Origin: a virus
Taxonomy: Duplodnaviria; Heunggongvirae; Uroviricota; Caudoviricetes
Virus record (IMG/VR): IMGVR_UViG_3300028920_001945
Span: 64,001 to 115,760 of that record
Length of the DNA stretch: 51,760 nucleotides
Strand: one strand, 5' to 3'
The notes under the pieces are model-generated. The model did not search any database, was not told where the DNA came from, and worked only from the letters and a program-made list of their open reading frames with translations. Positions 39,429 through 48,153 of this stretch are shown one piece after another. A program made the position numbers and the translations under genes. The stretch's first letter is position 1; the number at the start of each line of letters is the position of its first letter.

Positions 39429-41108
39429 TTAATATACTCCAATCATCATCATACCATTACCATATTTAATACCCGTAAGAGTACTTTGAGTACCTGAATA
39501 CATTAATCTCACCTTAACAAATTCACCAGCGGATGAACGTCCTAAAGGATTTCCTTGCTGGAGTATCTGAGAAGATGTTTTATAAACATTATCAGCACCC
39601 GTTAAATCAAAACTAGAACCAGCTAACATCTGCATATATAAACCTGATATTCCATATTGGGTACCAGATGCACAAGCATGAGCTTGATATACATATGCTG
39701 ATTTTGTAGCAGGACATTGGAATTTAGTTATCTCTAAACTTTGATTGGCTGATAATCTGATATTGGCTATATTATAGGTCATTGGAGATATTCCCTTAAA
39801 TTCTCCACCTGATATCTTACTGCCAGATAATCCTCCAGTTGTTGTGAAGCCTCCACCTGTTGATGTTATCTTGCCAGTTGTTGTATCATCTCCATTATTA
39901 ATCAGATAGTCACTATGAGCTTGAGAGTTATCTAACCTATGAGTGGTATTTAAGGTCACTGCACCTGATACTCCCTTTCCAAGGGCTGAAGGATAAAAGT
40001 TAGCAATTGCTACTGAACTAGCTATATAATCATCAACCGAAATAGTTTCTGATCGTGTACCTGATATTGCTACTGCTCCTACAAATGCAGTTATTCCTGT
40101 TCCGGTATCCAAATCATACCAACCTGAAATTCCTCCACCTGCATTATCATCTACGTATTTCTTAATAGACTGTTGTGTAGCAAGGGATGTGTCAGAATCA
40201 GATGACATATCATCTTCATCTAGGATTCCTGTAACCTTAGTAGACTGTCCTAATTTTAATGATGCACCTGAATAGGCTTGTGCTGAGATTGCTCCATTAA
40301 CTTGCAATTGATATTGGAGAGTTTCTACATCAATATCTCCTATACCCACATAACCTTTATTATCAGCACATATAGCTCCACTATCGGCAGTTATAACATT
40401 AAAATACCCGTCTGAGCCAAATGTTAATTCCCAATCTCCATCATCCGTAAAAACAGAAAATGAATCATTTTCTAAATTTATAGAACCTGATCCATTATCA
40501 ATCAGAAGTTCTAGATCATATTGACCTAAAATAATATAACTATTACCATCATTTATACTAACTTCAAATTCTCTACTAAAATTTTCTTCTCCCCCTCTAA
40601 TCTTAATAAAATCTGATTCCCCGGATGCTGCAATAGTAGTAGTCCATTCTCCATCAGCTTCATCATTATATTCAAACATAATGTATTGATGAGGATGTCC
40701 GATATGATAAATATATTCACCACATGCTAGAGTATTAGCAGATACTGCATTTAAAGTGAGTCCACTATGAAGGAAATTAGTATCAACATAATGCTTATTA
40801 GCAACTCCACTCGCATAAGTCGGATCAGCTATACCAGATATACCAGTTCCTCTAAAGGTTACAGAACCACTAAAGTATGAATCTCCAGATACCTGAAATC
40901 TGTATGCACCATAATCGGTTCCTGATGGTGCAACTACAACTTTACCTGCATCATAATATATAGAGCCAGCATCTAAATTAGTCTGAGAGCTCCAATAAGT
41001 AGTTCCATCTCCACCTGAATTATCATCTACGTATTTCTTATTAGCAGCTCCACTATTATAAGTAGGAGTTGCAAGTCCAGATATTTCAGTTGTTTCTAAT
41101 ATAGTCAT
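39429..41108 (-). CDS. Fibre-like structural protein
   Basis: Three KxYVD motifs (AANKKYVD, VANKHYVD, SIKKYVD); SANTL.CGEYIYHIGHP module shared with 21838 and 23985. Confidence 0.7.
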   Translation of the reverse strand: MTILETTEISGLATPTYNSGAANKKYVDDNSGGDGTTYWSSQTNLDAGSIYYDAGKVVVAPSGTDYGAYRFQVSGDSYFSGSVTFRGTGISGIADPTYASGVANKHYVDTNFLHSGLTLNAVSANTLACGEYIYHIGHPHQYIMFEYNDEADGEWTTTIAASGESDFIKIRGGEENFSREFEVSINDGNSYIILGQYDLELLIDNGSGSINLENDSFSVFTDDGDWELTFGSDGYFNVITADSGAICADNKGYVGIGDIDVETLQYQLQVNGAISAQAYSGASLKLGQSTKVTGILDEDDMSSDSDTSLATQQSIKKYVDDNAGGGISGWYDLDTGTGITAFVGAVAISGTRSETISVDDYIASSVAIANFYPSALGKGVSGAVTLNTTHRLDNSQAHSDYLINNGDDTTTGKITSTGGGFTTTGGLSGSKISGGEFKGISPMTYNIANIRLSANQSLEITKFQCPATKSAYVYQAHACASGTQYGISGLYMQMLAGSSFDLTGADNVYKTSSQILQQGNPLGRSSAGEFVKVRLMYSGTQSTLTGIKYGNGMMMIGVY

Positions 41109-41118
41109 ATTTTATTCC

Positions 41119-41730
41119 TCATATAATTCCAATAGTTAAATTCTCTAATTTAAATCTATAATATTGTGGGTCTACCACCTTAACACATTTTTCTACATCT
41201 ATAGGCCATCCACTATCTTTAAGTATCTGAAAGTGCATAGAAGGATTCTCAATGACTCCTCTATACCAGAATACATCTAAGGATAGTACATCCTTCCTAT
41301 TCTTAATTCTTTCTATGATATCTTCCATATTTCTCTCCAGATGCTCTATATTCTGTAATTGTTGACCAAAGAACCCATCATAAGATTGTCGTATCTCTTC
41401 TGGATGTCTTCTCATAAAGATAACTCTTATTCCATCTGGCATTACAGCCATCTTTGGTACTCCATGATTGAGTGCCTTAATTAATTTACCCTTATATTTA
41501 CTTGGAAATCCAAATTCCTGATAGTCCTTACGTTCAAGTTCATAGAGACCACCTATATTTGGGTCATAGTGTTCATCTGCAAATCTATTCTTCATTACAT
41601 CTCTAGATTGTCTATAGGAAGCATCCATACCTCCTGCTTCTAGAGCTTTCATCATCATTGATGTTCCAGTTCTCATAAAACCTGAAACTACATATACTGT
41701 ATTATTTTTATTCATAGTGTTCTGGGACAA
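41119..41730 (-). CDS. Sulfotransferase-family P-loop protein
   Basis: YVVSGFMRTGTSMMM (PAPS-binding loop), IFMRRHPEEI..S. Confidence 0.75.
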   Translation of the reverse strand: MSQNTMNKNNTVYVVSGFMRTGTSMMMKALEAGGMDASYRQSRDVMKNRFADEHYDPNIGGLYELERKDYQEFGFPSKYKGKLIKALNHGVPKMAVMPDGIRVIFMRRHPEEIRQSYDGFFGQQLQNIEHLERNMEDIIERIKNRKDVLSLDVFWYRGVIENPSMHFQILKDSGWPIDVEKCVKVVDPQYYRFKLENLTIGII

Positions 41731-43114
41731 TTGTTATGAACCTCCCTGTTCCTATTGATAACATTTTTCCTGTTGTTCCTGTTGTTTTAATGTCTCTTGC
41801 TGGTAATAATACTGGTGGTGCTGTATAATCTATTTCCAATATAGCTGCTTTATTTGGGTCTCCTCCATAATCATAAAATGAAATAAAATTACTGGATTCT
41901 GTAGCATCATTTAAAAGAGCAAATCTAACATCATTATTACTTGCCCATCCATCTCTACTTATTATTTCCTGTACAATACTTGTTATAGATATAGATTTTG
42001 TACCGGCTGTCGTAATATTTAATAATTTATATGCAGTTGTTTTTGGATTGATATTCTTAGGTAAATCTCCATTTGCCCAAGGATTTGCATCATCAACATC
42101 ATGAGCATAAAGTTTACCTTGATTTGAACCAAATACCATAAGTTTAGTAACCATAATAAGTTTAGCATCATCAATAGTGGAACCTTGTGGTATCGGTATA
42201 GTTGGAAAGAACAATCCTCCATTAATTGTATACGGTACCGGTGGGTACCCGACAGCAACAGCATCAATGTTATACATCCATAAAGTACCAAAATAACCAG
42301 TCATATCAAGCCCATCATATTCATCACTTTCTATCTGCTCCTCTACATCAGCATCTATAATAGTTGGATAATCTACCTTATCAGTCCATTCCTTAATTCT
42401 AGTTATATTATTTGTAACGGTGCTAACTCTTCCAGTCCACTCTTCTGTAAACTCTAAAGTTCTGTATTCCTTTCCAGTTATTCCAGATATACTAGTGCCC
42501 TTGTCGGATATGCTATTGTTAATTTCCATAGCATGTTTTGTGTTATCCATACCACCTGTCTTTCTTCTAAATCTAGTCAGTGCATCTGTATCCTCAAAGA
42601 TGTTCCATGTAAACTTCTTGGGTGCTGTATCCTTCTTGATAACCTTATATAATGATAACTTTGCAGGTCTGGCATCTATGAAGAAATCTATATCATCAAC
42701 TGCATTCTTCCAGATTATCCTATTTTCCTTATCCTGAATGAACTCAGGTTTGATATTTAATGTCAAGTCCTTTATATCCACATCATTGATAGATTTTAAT
42801 TCAACATCTACTCTTCCCTTCTGTTTACTTTCATAAGAGTACTTTATCTTATCCTTGAATATCTTTAAATCGTAAGGAGCCTTATCAATAACAAAGTAAT
42901 CCCCTTCATCACGAATAGTTAAGTCTATTTCTTGCCATGGGTTCTTAGATTCTATACCACCTTCCTTATAATGGACTGGTCCTATAGTCTTTCTAAATCG
43001 ATGTTTCTTATTTCCTAGATTATAGGTCTTAGAACTGATGGTTCTTTTGTTTAGTTCTTCCTCTAAGCCATCGCATTTGACTCTTTCTGCTGGAAATATA
43101 CTTGGATTTGTCAT
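41708..43114 (-). CDS. Protein with RHS-associated-type N-terminus and DNRLRE/CBM96-like C-terminal domain
   Basis: RTISSKTY..GPVHYK..WQEIDLT; GLFFPTIPIPQGSTIDDAKL..ITSIVQEII..W..AILEIDY. Confidence 0.55.
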   Translation of the reverse strand: MTNPSIFPAERVKCDGLEEELNKRTISSKTYNLGNKKHRFRKTIGPVHYKEGGIESKNPWQEIDLTIRDEGDYFVIDKAPYDLKIFKDKIKYSYESKQKGRVDVELKSINDVDIKDLTLNIKPEFIQDKENRIIWKNAVDDIDFFIDARPAKLSLYKVIKKDTAPKKFTWNIFEDTDALTRFRRKTGGMDNTKHAMEINNSISDKGTSISGITGKEYRTLEFTEEWTGRVSTVTNNITRIKEWTDKVDYPTIIDADVEEQIESDEYDGLDMTGYFGTLWMYNIDAVAVGYPPVPYTINGGLFFPTIPIPQGSTIDDAKLIMVTKLMVFGSNQGKLYAHDVDDANPWANGDLPKNINPKTTAYKLLNITTAGTKSISITSIVQEIISRDGWASNNDVRFALLNDATESSNFISFYDYGGDPNKAAILEIDYTAPPVLLPARDIKTTGTTGKMLSIGTGRFITIVPEHYE

Positions 43115-43168
43115 AATTATTAATTAAATCTAATATTTTGTTGAGTAAATACTCTAAACATAGTCAGC

Positions 43169-43250
43169 ATATAGATACTATGGATGGCAGCAAAGCTACT
43201 TTATATTAACATGTTAGTATACGGACTGCTATCCAATCTATATACTAACA
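43169..43250. other. Intergenic structured element with two mutually exclusive hairpins
   Basis: TGTTAGTATA(43212-21)/TATACTAACA(43241-50); ATATAGAT+TGGATGGCAG(43169-90)/CTGCTATCCA+ATCTATAT(43226-43). Confidence 0.55.
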
Positions 43251-43252
43251 CA

Positions 43253-44182
43253 TTATGCTTCAACTCTCCACCCTATCATTCGACTGCCAGCAGCTGTTAG
43301 ATGTATCTTGAACTGTGTGGTTGTTAAAGTATCTACTGCCCAACCGAACGTTACTGCTCCACTTGGAGTTATATCAACATGGGTTGGTAGTACTCCTAAA
43401 CCATGAGTTACATCATCTCCATCCGCTACACTTGACCATCCAGTTTTAACTTCTATGAATGCACCTTCTCTCAAAGCATTTGCAGATGCAACTGCCTTTG
43501 AGTATTCTGTTCCTGATGCTACTGCTTCTGATATCAATTGTGCAGAGGCAGCAAACCAATCATAGGCTTGTGTATATTCACTTCCAGATGCAATTTGTTC
43601 AGATAACTTCTGAGCTGATGCTGTAAACCAATCGTAGGCTGCAGTATATTCTGCTCCAGAACCTGCTATATCCAATAATATTTCAGATATAGATTGTGCT
43701 GATGCTGAATACCAGTCGTATGCCTCAGTATATTCCGCTCCAGAGCCTAATGCTTCTGAAATCTTTTGTGCTGATGCAGAGTACCAATCATAAGCTGCAC
43801 TATACTCATTACCACTTGCATTAACAATTGATAATTTCTGAGCAGATGCAACGAACCAATTGTAGGCATTAGTATATTCAGTACCTGATGCAAGAATCTC
43901 AGTGTGTGCATACTTTGCATTACTGGATATTGTATCGTAGCCTTTTATGTCTAAACTAACTCCCGTTTGACCACTAACTTGTATTGTACCTTCAAATGCC
44001 TCAAAACCTGTTCCGGCAGTTAAGTTGGCCCAAGTTATTTCATCTGCTCCTGCTAGAGCATCTATTCTAGTATCTAAATTACTAGATATTGTATCTATAT
44101 AGGATAAAGGTACAGCACTTGATGGATCTTCCTGATGTAGAGTAACTCCTGATACGTGAGCTGCTATAAAGGGTATCGTCAT
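43253..44182 (-). CDS. Fibre-like protein with ~24-aa tandem repeats and C-terminal gp53/H-lectin-like domain
   Basis: Repeat array; C-terminal VTHGLGVLPTHVDITP..TTTQFKI..IGWRVEA. Confidence 0.7.
   Translation of the reverse strand: MTIPFIAAHVSGVTLHQEDPSSAVPLSYIDTISSNLDTRIDALAGADEITWANLTAGTGFEAFEGTIQVSGQTGVSLDIKGYDTISSNAKYAHTEILASGTEYTNAYNWFVASAQKLSIVNASGNEYSAAYDWYSASAQKISEALGSGAEYTEAYDWYSASAQSISEILLDIAGSGAEYTAAYDWFTASAQKLSEQIASGSEYTQAYDWFAASAQLISEAVASGTEYSKAVASANALREGAFIEVKTGWSSVADGDDVTHGLGVLPTHVDITPSGAVTFGWAVDTLTTTQFKIHLTAAGSRMIGWRVEA
43478..43891 (-). repeat. Six coding tandem repeats, consensus (A/G)SG.EY(T/S).AY.W(F/Y).ASAQ.(L/I)S
   Basis: Read directly from the translation; the sixth copy is partial. 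Confidence 0.9.
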
Positions 44183-44218
44183 ATTTTCCTATCTCTTTTA
44201 TATTACATATTAACTACA

Positions 44219-46795
44219 TCAGATTGATGCAGTCCAAAATACTTTTCTGGTACCACCAGCTGTCATATACACCGTTATATTTGTTTCATCAACAGCACAT
44301 GTTGTACCAAAATTAACAGAATAGCCACTAGGACTTGCATTAACATATTTTGGAATATCAGGTAGTCCATGAGCTATTGTACCTCCATTTGCTACTTCTG
44401 CATAACCAGATTTAACTAAATCTGAATTAGATGAAAATTCAAAAGCAGCTTTAGCATTTGAAGAAACATTATCTAAATAAGTCTTATTAACTAAACTACT
44501 TGCTGGAAATTTTGTGTTTGATTCAGTTTCTGTATAATATCTTCCATCATGATGATGTAATGTAGATGCATCTCCAGTGCCAGTCAGGGTATTAAAGTTA
44601 GTATCATCAGTAGCAGTCAAGTGATAATATTGACCAGCAATTCCACCCTGTATATTACTTAAATCATTATGTCTGGTAACACTACCAGCAGTAAATGTGG
44701 TAGACCAAGGAGTATATATTTCAGCGGAAGTTAAATCAGTAGAACCTTGCTCAACTATTATCTTGGCTACTAAGGAATATATTGATGTTATTGACTCTGG
44801 TAAAGGAGTTGGAATAGATGCAAGTTGTGCATCAGCTAAACTTCTACTATCCCTTCCATAAACAATACACGGTAAACCAGTTGGATCTACGTATAACCAG
44901 TGAGTTCCAAACTTTGAATTACCTATTTCTCCTAAGGTTCCAGTACCATCATCATAATGGTTCACATCTAAATGGATTTGTCCTGATAATTTATACCATT
45001 GATTTGGATCTGAACCTGCATTGGCTCCAGTTCTATAATAAGAATAATAACATTCATCATGTATATGACCATCAACCGTAGTATCCGGTATATCCTTATA
45101 AGTATAAACTCTCCAATAACCACTACTTGGAACAGTTACTGAACTAACCTTATAAATTCCATCATTACCAGTTGAATCATCGACATAGATATGTCTACCT
45201 CTATTTAGATGAGCATCCACTCCACCTGTAGCACAGAAATAATTTAATGTTGTATTTACACAGGTTATATCATGAGAATGCCCAGTATCAATTTCAGATG
45301 TGGCGAATCTGTTAATACCCTTCCAGAATATACCAGCAGTTACATTCAAAGCCAAATCTTCTATGGATGATTCCGAAGTAACCAAACCCTCAGACCTAAT
45401 TTGTCCATCCGTTTCTCCGAATCTTCTTTGTACCTTTTGGGCTATATTATCAAACCTATAACCACCATTAATTACCTGTATATCATCAGTTCTTGATTTC
45501 CATATTTGACCTATTGGAAATTGTGTATTACGATTAAATCCAGATGTTGTCTTAAATTTGGTTACAGGACTACCATTATTATAATCAATATAAATATAAT
45601 TAAGACCATATGATAATGCCATATTAGAAGATGGCTCTACATCGAATATCTTCACATCACCAGCATTTTGGTTTTCGATACGGGCAATTGCTACTCCTTT
45701 TGATACATCTCCTGTACCTAAATTAGAGCCACTTGTTAATATACAACCTGATAATACACAAGCTGCATAATTAAGGTCGAGAAGTTTGGATAATTTATAA
45801 TGACTACCACCAGCATTATCTGCTATTACATCAAATGAAGTTACACCAGAAATAGTTTGAGTTGATATATATGGAAAATTTCCTAATGCAGATGGATGGA
45901 ATCTATCTATAGCATTAGCGGATGTAATATATTGTTCATGGTCAAAAGTATCTGCTTCTAAAGAATCTATCCTATTGTCTATATTTCCTGAAAAAGTATC
46001 TATCCAGGTTTGATTATAAACACTAGAACTGTCAGCAAAACGCTCGATAGCGTTAGCACTAATTATATAATTATCAGAATTAAAAGAAGACTCAGATAAC
46101 TTTGAGGATGACTCTACAAACCAGTTGTAGGCATCACTATATTCATTACCTGAATTTGCTAGGTTGGATAACTTAGATGCTGATGCATCATACCATAAAG
46201 TTAGTGTATTTACTGCACCACTAACTCCCTTACCTAGACTTGAGGGATAAAAAGCTCCTGATGCAGCAGTACTATCTAACTTTGTATCTATTTTAGTATC
46301 TAAAGCTCCGGATATAGTATTTATGTAAGTTCTTATTTGAGAGCTTCCTGCATAATCATCATCTATGCTGGATTTAGTAAAGTGTATAGTAGAATCTTGT
46401 CTGTGAGTGCTATAAGAGCCTGATAGAGCCGATCCAAGTGATGAAGCATAGAAATCATCTAGAAAAGAAGAAGTCACGCCAGAGGGCTGGAAATTGGCCT
46501 CTACGTGGGAAATAATGGCCCCTGATATAGCATCAACTTCACTCTCGGTATAATATCTACTATCAAGCTGTCCAGCATTTAATTCAGTTTCAGTATAGTA
46601 TCTAGAATCATGAATATGAAGTGAAGTGTCTCCACTATCAGTTAAATCAGTCTTTTGAATGGATGTTAAGTGAATTGAAGTATTAGAACTATGACCATAG
46701 CTATTGCTAGAGATAAGCTCAGCAAAATCTACAAAATCGTCCCAATCTTGAGATTTAATTAAATCTCCAGCAGACTTATTATCATTAAATGCCAT
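44219..46795 (-). CDS. Long fibre-like structural protein
   Basis: N-terminal K..GDLIKSQDWD.FV; HDSRYYTE motifs; HNDLSNIQGG..QYYHLT; C-terminal IAHGLPDIP domain like 43253. Confidence 0.7.
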   Translation of the reverse strand: MAFNDNKSAGDLIKSQDWDDFVDFAELISSNSYGHSSNTSIHLTSIQKTDLTDSGDTSLHIHDSRYYTETELNAGQLDSRYYTESEVDAISGAIISHVEANFQPSGVTSSFLDDFYASSLGSALSGSYSTHRQDSTIHFTKSSIDDDYAGSSQIRTYINTISGALDTKIDTKLDSTAASGAFYPSSLGKGVSGAVNTLTLWYDASASKLSNLANSGNEYSDAYNWFVESSSKLSESSFNSDNYIISANAIERFADSSSVYNQTWIDTFSGNIDNRIDSLEADTFDHEQYITSANAIDRFHPSALGNFPYISTQTISGVTSFDVIADNAGGSHYKLSKLLDLNYAACVLSGCILTSGSNLGTGDVSKGVAIARIENQNAGDVKIFDVEPSSNMALSYGLNYIYIDYNNGSPVTKFKTTSGFNRNTQFPIGQIWKSRTDDIQVINGGYRFDNIAQKVQRRFGETDGQIRSEGLVTSESSIEDLALNVTAGIFWKGINRFATSEIDTGHSHDITCVNTTLNYFCATGGVDAHLNRGRHIYVDDSTGNDGIYKVSSVTVPSSGYWRVYTYKDIPDTTVDGHIHDECYYSYYRTGANAGSDPNQWYKLSGQIHLDVNHYDDGTGTLGEIGNSKFGTHWLYVDPTGLPCIVYGRDSRSLADAQLASIPTPLPESITSIYSLVAKIIVEQGSTDLTSAEIYTPWSTTFTAGSVTRHNDLSNIQGGIAGQYYHLTATDDTNFNTLTGTGDASTLHHHDGRYYTETESNTKFPASSLVNKTYLDNVSSNAKAAFEFSSNSDLVKSGYAEVANGGTIAHGLPDIPKYVNASPSGYSVNFGTTCAVDETNITVYMTAGGTRKVFWTASI

Positions 46796-46857
46796 ATAAT
46801 TTTAAACCTAATATAATTTAATTCTTTTTAAATTTAACAAAAAATAACATAAAGTCT

Positions 46858-46913
46858 AAAAAAAGATAGAGTTCCAAGCGTCAATGAAAAAAGATTAAAG
46901 TGCATTGGAACTC
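46858..46913 (-). terminator. Candidate terminator hairpin followed by a T7 run (- strand)
   Basis: GAGTTCCAA (46869-77) / TTGGAACTC (46905-13) inverted repeat, then A7 at 46858-64; downstream of the chaperone T frame. Confidence 0.5.
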
Positions 46914-46960
46914 CCTTTATAAGACTCATAATATAAATTAAATACATAATAACATACTTA

Positions 46961-47158
46961 TTAGTGTCGTCTAGATTTCGCCTTTCTTTCTGCATCTTTG
47001 TAAGCTTTATATTCCTCTTCAGCTTTCCAGATTATATGTTGTTCAATAAATGCGACACCATCAGGATCTTTTTGTCTTCTATTTCCTAGTTCCTTTGGAG
47101 TGCAAGAAAGAAATTCACATACCCTTGCTTCAAGCTGACCTACTCCGGATTTAACGAA
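46961..47158 (-). CDS. Tail assembly chaperone T segment (reached by frameshift)
   Basis: 65-codon frame FVKSGVGQLEARVCEFLSCTPKELG...RRH* with no start codon, closed upstream by TGA; not in the ORF track. Confidence 0.8.
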   Translation of the reverse strand, partial: FVKSGVGQLEARVCEFLSCTPKELGNRRQKDPDGVAFIEQHIIWKAEEEYKAYKDAERKAKSRRH

Positions 47159-47642
47159 AGGATTTCATATCTTCAGCTTCTACACCGGTTCCTTTCTGAG
47201 TTTCCTTTATAACCTCAGTAATGAAGTTTTGGAGTGTAGCAAATGATACCCCATCTGTCCAAAAGTCTTTATCTAACTTTTTATCGACACAGATGTCTGA
47301 AGCTAATTCAGGTAGTTTGTCATATATATCTACCATTTTTGATAGAGAATCTGGATCCATCCTACCCTCATATATTGCAGCTTCAGCTGAAAGTCTCATG
47401 ATGGTCATCATTTGCTTTTGAGTTGGTCTTTTAGCTTTTATCATTCTTCGGGTTTCAGGGGAAGAATAAAACGTAACACTCAAGAGATCTTCCTTGTAAT
47501 CTCTTTCAAGTTTATCTCTTGTTGCTATTTGCTTTATTACTTCGTTAGCATCTCCCTTTTTCTTTTTATCGATTTTATTTTTAAGTTCCTCAAAATCTTT
47601 TGGGGGAGTGTCTTCTTTTTTGTTCTTTTGATCATCGGACAT
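47151..47642 (-). CDS. Tail assembly chaperone (G)
   Basis: Follows the tail tube genes; charged and helical; overlaps a start-less downstream frame. Confidence 0.75.
   Translation of the reverse strand: MSDDQKNKKEDTPPKDFEELKNKIDKKKKGDANEVIKQIATRDKLERDYKEDLLSVTFYSSPETRRMIKAKRPTQKQMMTIMRLSAEAAIYEGRMDPDSLSKMVDIYDKLPELASDICVDKKLDKDFWTDGVSFATLQNFITEVIKETQKGTGVEAEDMKSFR
47154..47162 (-). other. Putative +1 programmed ribosomal frameshift site TCC TTT CGT (TAA)
   Basis: Last codons of the G ORF; a TTT to TTC slip enters the T frame. Confidence 0.7.
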
Positions 47643-47675
47643 AATTTTATTTTGCCTCCACGAAAAACATTAAAT

Positions 47676-48149
47676 TTACATCATACCTGGTTCGTCAACT
47701 ATGTATCTGTAAGGTGATCGTCTTTGCATTGATATTGAATAAGGATATAGCACTGTAAAGTCTACAGTTCCTTCTGTTATATCATCTGCAGTTCCTATAC
47801 TAAAATCGAACCCAGTAACTTGGCAACTTCTTAAATAGAAGTGTAATGATTCTGCACCACAGTTACCTGATACGCTCATAGGAACTCCTTCTATCATCAG
47901 ATTAGCTAATTTACCTAAAGCTCCCGCATGTAACTTACAAGCAGTTAGTGAACCTTCTGCTGATAAAGAGCCTGCTAGGAAAAAGTTACCTTTTTCTCCC
48001 ACTAATTCCTGTTCTGCTGTACCTTTACTTAAAGTAAGAGAAAAATCAGAAATTGCAAGAGTTCCGTGAGATAGCTTATTTGCTGCACCACCACTACCAA
48101 GATAGATAGTAGCATCTTCTCCTCTATATATTGTTGGTGTTCCGGTCAT
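47676..48149 (-). CDS. Tail tube protein paralog 2
   Basis: FSLTLSKGTAEQELVGEKGN..GSLSAEGSLT..CQVTGFDFSIG..TEGTVDF. Confidence 0.75.
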   Translation of the reverse strand: MTGTPTIYRGEDATIYLGSGGAANKLSHGTLAISDFSLTLSKGTAEQELVGEKGNFFLAGSLSAEGSLTACKLHAGALGKLANLMIEGVPMSVSGNCGAESLHFYLRSCQVTGFDFSIGTADDITEGTVDFTVLYPYSISMQRRSPYRYIVDEPGMM

Positions 48150-48153
48150 AAGA

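Noticed and set aside
43177-43200. GCAAAGCTAC and CTATG fragments reminiscent of the c-di-GMP-I riboswitch
   Set aside because: The elements are in the wrong order and on the non-coding strand, and the GGCAAA/GAAA P1 features are missing. Kept only as an unclassified structure.
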